A stretch of 64,000 bases of DNA from Pachysolen tannophilus NRRL Y-2460. Its lineage: Eukaryota. The notes under the pieces are model-generated. The model was not told the origin of the DNA, made no database searches, and saw only the letters and a list, made by a program, of their open reading frames with translations. Shown here one piece after another: positions 11,177 through 22,698 of this stretch. The stretch lies in the NCBI GenBank assembly GCA_001661245.1, contig KV454014.1, positions 822,954-886,953 of the forward strand, given 5' to 3'. How positions within the stretch are numbered: the first letter of the stretch is position 1; the number at the start of each line of letters is the position of its first letter. The position numbers and the translations under genes are program-made.

Positions 11177-13168
11177 ATGCTGCAATCACATCATCAAGCG
11201 CCAGTAGTATTTCTGCTGGCAAAGCAAGATTTGAATAATAATAATAGTAATAATGCTGTTCCAACTAATATCATAGTGACAGACCAGGATAATAAGGAAA
11301 TAAGCGCCGATAGAGAAAGTAGGAGCAACGTTAGTTCTGATCGTAAGCTGTTTTCAAGAAGTCCAAGCTCTTCTTCTTTAACTATATTGTCATCTAATGA
11401 GAATGATCATGGTAGTACTGTGGGTAAAATGCTTTTAGCAGGAAGGAAGTTAAATGGATCTTCTTCAAAATTGGAGACTTCGTTTCGTGCATCTATATTA
11501 TCTCCGAAATTATCTGCAACAAGTACAGCTAGTTCTCAAAAATCAGATTCAAGTCAATTATCAAAATTGAATTTTTTCAGAAAGGATAGCCATGGGAAAC
11601 ATAAAGAAAACAATCAGAGTAAAAATTCTGATAATTCAAATAATGTTAATGGTGAAAAACTTAAGTCAAATTCTTCTTCTAAATTGGAATTGAGAAGATT
11701 TTTCAAAAATTTTGTTAATCCACCTTCCAAATTATTAGAAGCTCAAGGAAATATAAATAAAAGTATTAAAAATAATATTAAAGATATTCTGGATCATCAG
11801 CATGATCATTATTTACATCGTTATAACATTCTTCACAACCATAATAAGGATAAACAGCTGAAGACCTCAAATTTGCATCAACAAAATGCTCAACAGAAAG
11901 AACTGCAGCAACACGAACTGCAACACGAACTGCAACTGAAAGTGCTGCAAGAGCATAATAAGATGTTTTTCGGAGCAGAAACTCCACAGGAATTAATCTC
12001 AAAATATGGAGTTCCTGGAAAGATTTTAGGTGAAGGTGCTGGAGGTTCGGTTGCAATTGTTGAAAGTTCTTCAGATGGAAAAATATATGCAGTTAAACAA
12101 TTTAGACCAAAATCAAGTAAAGAAACAGATTACGATTACACAAAAAAAGTCCAAAGTGAGTTTTGTGTTGGTTCAACTTTACATCATGAAAATATTATTG
12201 AAACTTATGATATGATAAAGGAAGGAGCAAACGTTTTAATTGTGATGGAATATTGCCCTTATGATTTTTTCACATTAGTGATGTCCGGTTTATTACACAA
12301 GCATGAAATTGCATGTTATATAAAACAGATAATAAATGGAGTAAACTACTTGCATTCAGTGGGGTTGGCCCACAGAGATTTAAAATTAGATAACTGCGTT
12401 GTTAATCCTGATGGAATTTTGAAATTAATAGATTTTGGATCTTCGGTTGTTTTCAAATATCCATACGAAGATACTATCATATATGCTAAAGGTGTTGTAG
12501 GTTCCGATCCATATTTGGCACCAGAAGTGTTTCAATCTGGTCACTATGATCCAAGACCAGCAGATATTTGGTCAATTGCTATAATTTTTTGTTGTATGAC
12601 GTTAAGGAGGTTCCCATGGAAGGTTCCTAAACTATCTGATGGATCTTTCAAGGCATTTTCAGTGCTACCTGATAACCTTAAGTTACAATCACTAAAAATT
12701 TCAGAAAAACTGCATAATCTGCCAATAGATAGCCAAGAAACGTTAAGTAGTGATGATCTTTTACATAATAGATCTTCTCCAACACCTCCACTTCCAGATC
12801 ATAAGTTAACATTAGAAGAGCAACATCAATTACAACTGAAGACAAATTATATTTCAAACTCAACAACAACAGCATTTGCTCCTAGGTCAAAAACCAGAGG
12901 CCCTTATAGGCTATTACGTTTATTACCTCATCTGTCAAGACCTTTGATAGGTGCTATGTTAGATTTAAATCCAAATAAAAGAATAACAATGGAAGGGATA
13001 TTGAATGATGAATGGTTTTCAAGTATCGACGTCTGTCATTATGATGCATCAAATCAACTAGTTAAGGGAAAATCGCATGAACATCATTTGGTAACTGAAC
13101 TGGAATTGGCAAAGATACAAGAGGAAAAAGAAAAACTGAAGAAAATAGAGGAGCAAATTGTTGGATAA
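11177..13168 (+). CDS. RTK1: Npr1/Hal5-family Ser/Thr kinase, Rtk1/Hrk1-like
   Basis: GEGAGGSV, EFCVGSTLHHENII, HRDLKLDNCVV, GSDPYLAPE, GPYRLLRLLPH. First ATG is at 11177 (track begins at TTG). Confidence 0.75.
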   Translation: MLQSHHQAPVVFLLAKQDLNNNNSNNAVPTNIIVTDQDNKEISADRESRSNVSSDRKLFSRSPSSSSLTILSSNENDHGSTVGKMLLAGRKLNGSSSKLETSFRASILSPKLSATSTASSQKSDSSQLSKLNFFRKDSHGKHKENNQSKNSDNSNNVNGEKLKSNSSSKLELRRFFKNFVNPPSKLLEAQGNINKSIKNNIKDILDHQHDHYLHRYNILHNHNKDKQLKTSNLHQQNAQQKELQQHELQHELQLKVLQEHNKMFFGAETPQELISKYGVPGKILGEGAGGSVAIVESSSDGKIYAVKQFRPKSSKETDYDYTKKVQSEFCVGSTLHHENIIETYDMIKEGANVLIVMEYCPYDFFTLVMSGLLHKHEIACYIKQIINGVNYLHSVGLAHRDLKLDNCVVNPDGILKLIDFGSSVVFKYPYEDTIIYAKGVVGSDPYLAPEVFQSGHYDPRPADIWSIAIIFCCMTLRRFPWKVPKLSDGSFKAFSVLPDNLKLQSLKISEKLHNLPIDSQETLSSDDLLHNRSSPTPPLPDHKLTLEEQHQLQLKTNYISNSTTTAFAPRSKTRGPYRLLRLLPHLSRPLIGAMLDLNPNKRITMEGILNDEWFSSIDVCHYDASNQLVKGKSHEHHLVTELELAKIQEEKEKLKKIEEQIVG

Positions 13169-13638
13169 AAAGAATAATTATGTTACAGTTTGAATTTAGA
13201 TCGTTGTTGTTGGCAATTAAACTACTTTGTTTAAGTGTTTTCTATTATATTTTTTTGTTTTAGACTATTGAATTCTTCTTTGTATTGACCATCTTAATCT
13301 TGTTCTTAAAATGGTTCTTGAGCTTCCCTGTTATTTTCATTATTCATTAAATTCTTTATGTCCCTTACCGACTTGATTATTATTATATTTTACATTAAAT
13401 TAGTGCTAATAAAGACACTCTAAATCTTATTTATTTATTAAATTAATTTACAAATGATAAGCTTGAGCTAGTGCTTTCTGTAAGAACAAGTTAATATTAT
13501 ACTGAATCGAGCCTTAAATACGGTAAACTAGTCCATAAAAAAAAATAAAAATATAGACACAAATAATCATGCTCAATTAAAGCTAAAGATTCTATTCATG
13601 AAAAACAAAAAATCACATAACAAGTTTCACCTTCATCA

Positions 13639-15048
13639 TTACCATCCATGATCAAACAACATAGAAACTGATTCACCATTATGTATTCTTCTAATAGCTT
13701 CACCAAATAATCTAGAAACATCCAATACTTCAAGCATATCACCTAACTCTTTAACATGTTCTTCTTGAGGGACAGTATTTGTAGAAATCAATTTATCAAT
13801 ATTTGACTGTTTTATTCTTCTAATTGCATCTCCTGAAAAAATACCATGTGTAACTATAGCGTAGACATATGAAGCGCCTTGATCTTTTAATAATTTCGAA
13901 GCTCTTGTTATTGTATAAGAAGTATCAACTAAATCATCAATTAAGATGCAAACTTTATCCGTTACATCTCCAACTAACATTGTAGTGGCAATAAGTTTCT
14001 GTGATTTTGCTACAAGTTTATCTTCTTGTTCTAAACTGTTTATAGCTTGCAGTGTTAAAGATGGTGTATCAACTTTATGACGTCTTTCCTTATGTATCAA
14101 GGCAAATGACATTCCCAAATTATCAGCAATTGCAGTAGCACGTTTAGCACCACCTGAATCTGGACTGACAACCACTGCATCTTTATAATTGGGAATATAC
14201 TGCTGAATATAATGTTGTAATAATGGTTTGGAATACAAGTTATCGAAAGGAATATCAAAAAACCCTTGATATTGTGGATCATGTAAATCCATTGTTATGA
14301 TTTGATCAGCACCAGCACATGTTAATAAATTTGCAATCAAAGTTCCAGATTGAGCATTCCAACTTTTATAACCCGTTATAGATAAAAATCCTTTAGATCC
14401 CACAGATGAAGCATTAGTAGCTATTTGTTTTGGTTGATAAGTAGATTTCACCAAAGATGGCTTTGCAGAACGTGTAAAAGATGGATTTACAATCAGTGGA
14501 GGATTGAAAACCAGTCTAGCGTTAGTATCTATTTCCATAGGTTGTGACAGATTAGCATCTATTGACCTAGGAGTAGGACTTTCATGAGAAACATTAGTAT
14601 TATTATTAATTATATTGTTTTGAGCAGCAGTAGATCCAGATGTGGTAAAATCAGATCTAGACATTGGTCTTGGAGTACTTGGAATGCTATCAAAAGTATA
14701 TTCAGATTTCTTGGTGGATGTTAAAGGAGAACCTTTATGATTATATGGGGCATCCGATTGTCTGGAATATGGGAAAAACGGTAATACTGCTGTAACTCTT
14801 TTAGCAGAAGATGTCTTGCAAGCAGAAATCATTACCAATAACTGGATGAAATTATCGTTGACATGACCACAACCAGATTGAACAATGAAAACATCTTTCT
14901 CTCTTACAGAATCTTTAATTGTAACTGCTGTTTCCCCATTACTAAACTTCTTCAACTCAACCTTACCTCTTTCAAGAGATAAATCTCTACAAATCCTTTC
15001 AGTCAAGTTGGGATGCGAAACACCTGAAAACACAACTATGTCTTTCAT
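13639..15048 (-). CDS. PRS5: Ribose-phosphate pyrophosphokinase, Prs5 type with two insertions
   Basis: FSNGET, PYSRQ, VSPDSGG, ILIDDLVDT, SMLFDHGW end, two non-homologous insertions. ATG at 15048. Confidence 0.9.
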   Translation of the reverse strand: MKDIVVFSGVSHPNLTERICRDLSLERGKVELKKFSNGETAVTIKDSVREKDVFIVQSGCGHVNDNFIQLLVMISACKTSSAKRVTAVLPFFPYSRQSDAPYNHKGSPLTSTKKSEYTFDSIPSTPRPMSRSDFTTSGSTAAQNNIINNNTNVSHESPTPRSIDANLSQPMEIDTNARLVFNPPLIVNPSFTRSAKPSLVKSTYQPKQIATNASSVGSKGFLSITGYKSWNAQSGTLIANLLTCAGADQIITMDLHDPQYQGFFDIPFDNLYSKPLLQHYIQQYIPNYKDAVVVSPDSGGAKRATAIADNLGMSFALIHKERRHKVDTPSLTLQAINSLEQEDKLVAKSQKLIATTMLVGDVTDKVCILIDDLVDTSYTITRASKLLKDQGASYVYAIVTHGIFSGDAIRRIKQSNIDKLISTNTVPQEEHVKELGDMLEVLDVSRLFGEAIRRIHNGESVSMLFDHGW

Positions 15049-15294
15049 ATTGGATGGACGGTTTTCTTCACCAATCAATTCTTATTATCTAAAAGACTAA
15101 ATTCAGGGCGTAAATATATTTGAGAATTCATTATTATATTCAAAAAAAAAAAAAAAAAAAAAATTAAAAAAAAATATTATTAAAAACCAAACAACGGAAC
15201 TGCCTAATTAGGAAGTCCTATTTTATCTAGTTTATCATCTATTTACAACGACATTTTACAATAACATTTTACAACGACGACGGAAGCTTATGGA

Positions 15295-16788
15295 TTAGTA
15301 TCTTATCTCGTATGAGCCAGCTTTACTGAGATATTTTACCCACTTGATGGTTTTATACTTGTTATTTGCGGTATCTGTGACTTTCAAGAATCTTACAACT
15401 AAGCCGGAACATGAGAACATGTTTAATCCGAAACTCAACGATATTGGGGGTTTCGACCATGTTAACAAATTGCTTCCAGCATCGGCAATTGGGCTATTCC
15501 GAAGTGCAATATTGGATCCATTACCGTTTGTGTTAGCTGAGTTTTGTAAAGCTTGCGAGAGTTCAATTTCTGCTGAAAAACTATGTTCTGCATTTCCAAC
15601 AAATTTATTAAATTTCCATTGAATACTACTTTCTTCTGGTAAAAACTTTGATTTTCCTGAAGAAGTTTGAATGCTTGTCTTCATAGTTCCTGGAGGTACA
15701 GGTATTCTTAAAGAAACATCTGTGGCAAATAATTTATTTGGGAACAATGATCTTATAACAATTTGGTATTCAACTTTAAATTTACCTAAAGATGTAACTG
15801 TTGGAGATATCTTAAATGGTAAGTTAATGTTTTCCACAGCTCTATAACTCATCAATTCAAAATCACCATCTGGAGGAATGAACTTGATAACTCTTTCACT
15901 ATCATAATTTTGTAAATCAACACATTGATGAAATTTGCAATTTTCTAAAGAAACAGCTCCTGCTGCAGCTTTTGGAATAGATTTACTATTTAATTTTTCA
16001 TTAAAAGCACCTCCATTACTATTACTATCCAACATTAAACTATCATTCAAACCAAATTTACATTCAGGCATACCTGTTAAATGAGTTTTCATCTGAATAT
16101 GACCTTCAACATATGATCTTAATATCGAGCCATCTGCAGACATTAATAAATTGACATCTTCATAAACATCCAAATAAACTTCATTTTTCCTGTATTTAAT
16201 ACCTCTTCCTCTCCAAGGTATATCACTTGTTGCTTGTTTTGTCGCGTCTGATGTTAAATCTGGAACTGATGAATTTTTTCTTTTCAAAATACTAGCTTTA
16301 CGTGTTAACGCTGCTGTTGGATTAAGAACATTTGATGATAACAATGTTGGTTGAGGAGCTTTTATTGGCTGTGATGCAATATAATTTTGAGCGCTACTTA
16401 AATCCATACTTTGAGGATATCCAAAATCAAAAGCTTCATCAAGTAACTCATAAATCAATGTAAAATTAAGTTTAACATCAATTTCTTGAATTGATTTATT
16501 TAATGGTATATTCAAATAATTTTTAAGAAAATTTAAAAATTTGTATAAAGATTCAAAAACCAATGAAGCATCAACATTTGATCTCGTTACCGCTACTATC
16601 CATAATTGTCCTGATCTTATATGTAAAAAAGAAGTTGAGCCCAAAGTTAAAACAGGAGACCGAACATCCACATTTGAAATAACTTGGATTCTAAATACAT
16701 CCGAAATACTTCTTTTAATTCCTTCCCGAAATACTCGAGATACAAGAACGTCACCTTTTTGACTAAATATGAAAAACCCTGTAATCAT
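15295..16788 (-). CDS. APM4: AP-2 adaptor mu subunit
   Basis: MITGFFIFSQKGDVLVSR, VRSPVLTLGSTSF, IPWR..GIKYRKNEVYLD, PPDGDFELMSY, KWVKYLSKAGSYEIRY. Confidence 0.92.
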   Translation of the reverse strand: MITGFFIFSQKGDVLVSRVFREGIKRSISDVFRIQVISNVDVRSPVLTLGSTSFLHIRSGQLWIVAVTRSNVDASLVFESLYKFLNFLKNYLNIPLNKSIQEIDVKLNFTLIYELLDEAFDFGYPQSMDLSSAQNYIASQPIKAPQPTLLSSNVLNPTAALTRKASILKRKNSSVPDLTSDATKQATSDIPWRGRGIKYRKNEVYLDVYEDVNLLMSADGSILRSYVEGHIQMKTHLTGMPECKFGLNDSLMLDSNSNGGAFNEKLNSKSIPKAAAGAVSLENCKFHQCVDLQNYDSERVIKFIPPDGDFELMSYRAVENINLPFKISPTVTSLGKFKVEYQIVIRSLFPNKLFATDVSLRIPVPPGTMKTSIQTSSGKSKFLPEESSIQWKFNKFVGNAEHSFSAEIELSQALQNSANTNGNGSNIALRNSPIADAGSNLLTWSKPPISLSFGLNMFSCSGLVVRFLKVTDTANNKYKTIKWVKYLSKAGSYEIRY

Positions 16789-17086
16789 TTCCCAGTTTTT
16801 CAAAAAAATAAAATTTTTTTTAATATAACCAAACCTTTCAATTTCTCAATTTCATTAGACAAGCTTCACTCAATACTAATCCATTCTAAATAAAATCAAT
16901 TGCAAAAAAAAAAAAAAGTGAAAGACAACTTTTATTATATTTATTATATTTATACAAAAAAGAAATAGAAATAAAAAAATATTCAATATTTTTAGCGTTA
17001 AATTCCGATTTCATGACATTAGAATGACCTGCACTACTAACTACTAATAAAAGGGCCTCATTATCAAGAGCTATATAAAAGTTAAT

Positions 17087-18166
17087 CTACCATTCTATAC
17101 CATTCATATTGCCAAAAGGTTTATTTTCTATCAACTCATTTATGAGTCCATCAATGTTTTTGATATAAGGTTTCAAGATTTCAGCTTTTTGTATTGTTGT
17201 TTTTCGAGGGAAATTAGTTTGAATATCATTTATAATTTTTTTAAGAAAATTTTCATTATTATCTTGTTCTTGAATAGAATCTGCTGATGTGACACTTGAT
17301 GAGAGTGAATTTGATCTTGAGAAAGAAGAAGAGTCTTGTGAAATACATGAAGCTTCTGAGTAATTTTCTGAGCTATTTGATCTTGTCTTAAAATTTTCCA
17401 ATTGGGATTTAGAATCATTTTGAGTTTCTGGGATTAAATAAAAAAATAAAAATTCTAAACTTTTAAATCTTAATTTTTTAGAAGCTGAATGTTCAATAAA
17501 TATTTTACAAATTAATTTAGGACCATCTAATTTTTCGAAAAATCTTAAAGTTGGAACATTTCTTACCAAGATGCATACCAAAGATTGAATTACCATTATA
17601 ATTAATTCTTCAGGATAATTGTTATAATTATTCAAATAATCTAATAATAATTTCAAGTTATTACCTCTTTTAAACAATTTTCTAGAATTTGGATGAAGAA
17701 GTAATACACCTTGTAAAATTTTATTTGTTAAAATCATATCTTCAATATTGAATTCTTCTCTGTTTAATGAAACTCTAAGCATAAGAGCAATCAATGAGCT
17801 TGTAATATTATACTGAAATTCATCTTGAGATAAGAGAAATTCCCCAAATACAGCATCTTTAACAGTTGGTACTTTCCATTTCTTAATAAACGGTTTATTG
17901 CTCGAAGTATAAGAAATGTTTCTATGTGTTCTTGTCGAAGTCGAAGTCGAAGTTGTTGTAATAGAAGAAGCCGTCATCATCTTATCCTTCCCATTCCCTG
18001 TTAAAAGCAGCTCATCATAATCTTTCAATTTGGCCCTGTTTTCCAACACACATAACTGAGTGATGAGAGCATCAATTTTTTTCAACCCATTATGAACAGA
18101 GCCTCGTGACTCGAAATGACTTATTCCATCTAAAGCATCATCCAAATACACTTTTATACTTGACAT
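17087..18166 (-). CDS. SIN-component Cdc14-like protein (S. pombe cdc14 family, not the phosphatase)
   Basis: LQGVLLLHPNSRKLF, LVCILVRNVPTLRFFEKLDG and KSLEFLFFYLIPET resemble the fungal SIN Cdc14 domain. Confidence 0.72.
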   Translation of the reverse strand: MSSIKVYLDDALDGISHFESRGSVHNGLKKIDALITQLCVLENRAKLKDYDELLLTGNGKDKMMTASSITTTSTSTSTRTHRNISYTSSNKPFIKKWKVPTVKDAVFGEFLLSQDEFQYNITSSLIALMLRVSLNREEFNIEDMILTNKILQGVLLLHPNSRKLFKRGNNLKLLLDYLNNYNNYPEELIIMVIQSLVCILVRNVPTLRFFEKLDGPKLICKIFIEHSASKKLRFKSLEFLFFYLIPETQNDSKSQLENFKTRSNSSENYSEASCISQDSSSFSRSNSLSSSVTSADSIQEQDNNENFLKKIINDIQTNFPRKTTIQKAEILKPYIKNIDGLINELIENKPFGNMNGIEW

Positions 18167-19400
18167 TTTGAAACCACTAAATTACCCCAGTAATTATCAC
18201 AGTAAACTCAAGTTTTTAAAGAAAACGAGGAAAAAAAAGAAGAAAAGAAAAATTAAATAATATCCATCATTTAACTTGATCTAAAAAAAAAAGAAAAAAA
18301 GACACAAAAAAAAAAAGCTAGCTAGCTTTAACTATAGTTCTACTTACTTCTTTATTTCGTTAGCTTAAACTCTTCCTGCAAGATGTATGAATTTTGGAAA
18401 AAGGTAAACAAAACAATATTTCCTATTTTGGAAGTTTTATACTTGGAGTGCACTACCACATTATTGAATTATCTCGTTTTTTTTTTGTTTTGTTACGCGC
18501 GTACACTACCAATTGTGTTTTTTTTTTTTTTTTTTTTGCTTTTTTCTTTGGGCTTACTACTACGATGGTTTTTATATCAACAACCGAGCTAGATCCTATA
18601 GTAGATGACAAGTTTTAATAAAGTGGCCAAAAGTATATATATATATTTAGTCTCTTTGGTATTGCTATAGCTTTATAAATGAAAACGCAATTAAACAAAA
18701 AAGAATAAAAGAAATAAAAGAAACATGAAATAAAGGGACAAAACCCAATTAGTGAGTGGAAGTGTGCGCGGCTACCAATTCATCCGCATTAGGCAATTTT
18801 GTTTTGTTCTACGTGGAGCAGAGCATCTTAGCGCTGTAGGAACTAGGATATGTTTTAGATACTTTTATTCTTTATAGAAACAGTTTATTTTTAAAAAAAG
18901 AAAGAGCGGGTCTTTTTGAAATTCAGTTTTTAATATTAGTTTATTGGAATTGTGGATTGTTGATTATTGCTGAGCTATATTGACTGTAATTAAGTTTATT
19001 GTTTAATTGTGAAAGAAAGAAATAAAGAGTCTGTGTGTGTGTTGGAGTATTTTTCCTTCTTTTTTTTTCTGTTTTGTTTTATTGTTGTTGTTGGGTTTGG
19101 TTTAGATTTTGTCTTTGGATTTGATCTGGTTTTGAATAAGGATTGCTTTTTTGTTTATTTGATAAAGTAGGTGAAGACGAGTATTCGGTTTTCTGTTTAT
19201 CAAGAATTTACTTTTTTTTTTTTTTTTTTTGCTTTTTGCTTTTTACTTTTTGGTTTTTGGTTTTCATCATTCTTTTTCGAAATTAAATATAAACGCTTAT
19301 TAAGAAGAGTGGTGATTGGGAAAGTATTATAAACAATCATTATTTTTTAAGGCAATTGGCAAGAAGAAAAAAAAAGAGAAAAAAAAAAACAGATTTAATA

Positions 19401-21737
19401 ATGATAATTAAAGATTCATCTATGGTAGCTTTTGGTAATAATGATAAAACAATAATTCTGGGTGTCTTGACAGCAATAGTGTCGTCTGCGTGTCAGTCAG
19501 TTGGTTTGATTTTACAAAGAAAATCACATTTGAAATATGAAAATGTGGAAACTGGTTATAAAGCACCTTATGAAAGATCTCTTTGGAGAATAGGTTTTTT
19601 GTTATTCATAATTGCAAATATTTTTGGATCTAGTATTCAAATCACAACGCTACCTTTAATTCTTCTTTCTCCATTACAATCAATTGGGTTGGTATTTAAT
19701 ACAGCCTTTAGTTGCATGATTTTAAATGAAGTATTTAATAGATTTGCATTGATAGGAACAATATTAATAAGTGTTGGTGCATTTTTAATAGCTCTCTTTG
19801 GAGCTTTACCAGAACCAGATTATGATTTAACAAAATTTCTAATTTTTTTAAAAAGAAAACAATTTATAACATGGTGTTTAATAGATTTAACCTACGTCTT
19901 ATTATTATTAGCTTGGATAATATTGAGTAAACAAGTACTGGAAAATGGAAATAATAAAAATAAATATCATAAATTGGCCCGTGATGAAGAAGATGCAGAA
20001 CAGCTTGATGATGAAGAAGATGATGATGTTGAAGACGATGAAAGCAGTATATTGAATGGTAATATCGAAGTGGTGAGTATTTCTACAAACGAAGATCAAT
20101 ATGAAAGATTCTTATTGAATAATAATATCAATCAACCAAATTATCATGATAATGAAAATTATTTTCTTTTACAAAAGAAACATTTTATAAATTTTATTAA
20201 ACATAAGAAAAAACTGATTATAAATAAATTAAGGAAAACTTGTTTAAACATTTCTCCAGAAAATTCAAAACTAGTACGTGGAATTTTTTGTGGAATTATT
20301 AGTGGAACTTTATCAGCTCATTCATTGCTTTTGGCAAAATCAACAATAGAAGTATTATTAAATGCATTTTTATCATCTTCCAAGAAATTTAAAAATATGA
20401 ATCAACCAATGGTTTGGATAATAATAATCACATTTTTAACGTTGTGCTTGTTACAATTATGGTTTTTAAATCGAGGACTTAAAATAATTAGTACATCTGT
20501 ATTATATCCATTGGTTTTCTGTGTTTACAATATCACAAATATAATTAATGGATTGATTTTCTTTAACCAATGGGAGGTTATAACTTACTGGGAATTGTTC
20601 AATATTTGTCTTGGAAGTATATTAGTTTTCATAGGAGTATTTGCATTAAGTTGGAGATTTAATGATAAATGTGAGGTAAATGGTATTGTCGGTTATACTT
20701 CTGAAAATTCCATTGAGATTCCTTCCGATATGTTACATGATCAAAACCTTCATTCTAATTATTCTCATCATTACCGTAATAGTTCAGAATATAAGTCACA
20801 TACAAATGAACTTTCAAATAAAGCTGAAAGATCAAGTTTAATATCTTCCACTTTTACTTCACCAAAATTTAGAAATTATTTCACTTTCACTCCTATAAGA
20901 GATACCAAAAATAGTTTGAGAATAACTCAACTGGACGATGATGAAACACATTATAATAATGATAATGGAGCAAGTGGAGCAGGTGGTGAACAAAGTTATG
21001 ATGTGTCGACTCCTTTGGAAGCTGGAAATAATACCGAATATATTTCTTTTGGATCACCTAAAAGTTCTCCAATTATAAGGCACGTTGTTTCAGGGACTCG
21101 CCTTGCATCAACACCTCCCTTGACAGCAAATCCCGTATCACCTTCATCTAAAATTTTCAACCACAATAATATTAACAATAACAATAATACATCAACCCCA
21201 GTTTCCAGTACAAGAGGTGATAAGAGTGAAATTGATTTTGTTAACGAACTGCCTACTCCATCGAGGTTAACATTTGATTATAGTTCTAATACACCTACAA
21301 AATTAAGAGATGAGATTATTAGTACTCCAATAAGTGGTGGTTCACATAATTTTAATGAGAATTTAAATTTCTTGAATGGATTTCATGCTACTGAACTGGA
21401 CCATCTGTTACCAATTTCTGTTAATGGAGGTGATTTATCAATTAATAATGTCCATAACAATAATACTATTAACAATGCTGATGGTAATGAAAATAATGTT
21501 AAAGGATATAATTCCGAAAATAGGACAAAAAGAAACCGATATGGTTCTATAGGAGATATTTTCAGTAATATAACAAATAGTAATAAAATCAGTGGAGGTA
21601 ATAGAAGTTTTACTGCTAATGCCACTGTCGGAGACAGTAATGGTTCAAACAAGGATGATTTTACAAGAAGACACTCAAAGAGAATGTTATCATTTGAACA
21701 AAATGAGTTATTATCACAGTTGACAAAAATGGGATAA
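19401..21737 (+). CDS. NIPA/DUF803 Mg2+ transporter-family membrane protein
   Basis: SSACQSVGLILQRKSH, LPLILLSPLQSIGLVFN, GTLSAHSLLLAKS, STSVLYPLVFCVYN. Multiple TM segments and a long disordered tail. Confidence 0.8.
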   Translation: MIIKDSSMVAFGNNDKTIILGVLTAIVSSACQSVGLILQRKSHLKYENVETGYKAPYERSLWRIGFLLFIIANIFGSSIQITTLPLILLSPLQSIGLVFNTAFSCMILNEVFNRFALIGTILISVGAFLIALFGALPEPDYDLTKFLIFLKRKQFITWCLIDLTYVLLLLAWIILSKQVLENGNNKNKYHKLARDEEDAEQLDDEEDDDVEDDESSILNGNIEVVSISTNEDQYERFLLNNNINQPNYHDNENYFLLQKKHFINFIKHKKKLIINKLRKTCLNISPENSKLVRGIFCGIISGTLSAHSLLLAKSTIEVLLNAFLSSSKKFKNMNQPMVWIIIITFLTLCLLQLWFLNRGLKIISTSVLYPLVFCVYNITNIINGLIFFNQWEVITYWELFNICLGSILVFIGVFALSWRFNDKCEVNGIVGYTSENSIEIPSDMLHDQNLHSNYSHHYRNSSEYKSHTNELSNKAERSSLISSTFTSPKFRNYFTFTPIRDTKNSLRITQLDDDETHYNNDNGASGAGGEQSYDVSTPLEAGNNTEYISFGSPKSSPIIRHVVSGTRLASTPPLTANPVSPSSKIFNHNNINNNNNTSTPVSSTRGDKSEIDFVNELPTPSRLTFDYSSNTPTKLRDEIISTPISGGSHNFNENLNFLNGFHATELDHLLPISVNGGDLSINNVHNNNTINNADGNENNVKGYNSENRTKRNRYGSIGDIFSNITNSNKISGGNRSFTANATVGDSNGSNKDDFTRRHSKRMLSFEQNELLSQLTKMG

Positions 21738-21905
21738 AAAATTTAATGGTTGATATAATACAATTTAGTTTTTTTTTTTTTTAATTTTTAGACTTTTAAA
21801 AAAAAATAAAAGATTAAAAAAAGAGTAATGTTTATTTTTGTATAAATGAAAAAAGGAAAACGAGTAAACCAAAAATTTTTTTTTCTTTCTTTTTTGATTA
21901 CATTT

Positions 21906-22698
21906 CTATAAATCGCCACCTTCTTCTTCTATTGGAACAACGAATGCACCTGGCAAGAACAAAGCCTGTTCATTGATGTTACGATGTTGGTAACTTAATA
22001 CACCTACACCACCAGCATCTAACATGAATTGTGGATTTTTATTCAAAGGTAATCCAATCCATCTTGCAGCAAGACATCTTAAGATATGACCATGAGCTAC
22101 GATAAGGATATCACAAATTTCTTCATTTTCCAATGCTTTTTTTTGAATTTTAACAATTTCTTTAATAAATTCATCTAATCTTTGAGTAACTTTTGAATAA
22201 TCTTCACCACCTTCACAACCATATTCCCAAATAGACCAATTATCACTATTTAAACCTCTTGAAGCTCTAGATTGTTTGATTTGCAGGGTTGTTAATCCTT
22301 CATAATTACCATAATCCCATTCTCTAATTCTTTCATCTATTGAAAATTTAATTTCATTTTTCACTTGTTCAGAAATTCCCAGAGTAAGTAATTGAGCTGT
22401 AGTTTTCGCTCTAAGTCTAGGCGAAGTGAAAATATATTTTATAGAAGAAGGTTTAATTAAATTCACATTAGAATCACCAATTAAAACTTCACCAGTCAGT
22501 GACATTTGTTTAACACCAAATGGAGTAAGAGGTAAATCTGTTACTGAAGTATATTGACCAGATTTCGACCATTCTGTTTGACTAAAAATTAAATATTAGT
22601 TTTCAAATCAATCAATTTCTTTCTATTATTCAATATATACAATTTCAAACTTACCCATGACGAACAAATATAACTCTTGGAACAGGTGCCTTTGTCAT
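21906..22698 (-). CDS. SHB17: Sedoheptulose-1,7-bisphosphatase (histidine phosphatase). Exons 22698-22655 and 22581-21906
   Basis: Splicing gives MTKAPVPRVIFVRHG|QTEWSKSGQYTSVTDLPLT. Also SPRLRA, EWDYGNYEG, VAHGHILRC, LDAGGVGVLSYQH. Confidence 0.9.
22582..22654 (-). other. Spliceosomal intron of SHB17 (73 nt)
   Basis: GTAAGT...AACTAAT...TTTTAG. Removal restores the catalytic RHG motif. Confidence 0.93.
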
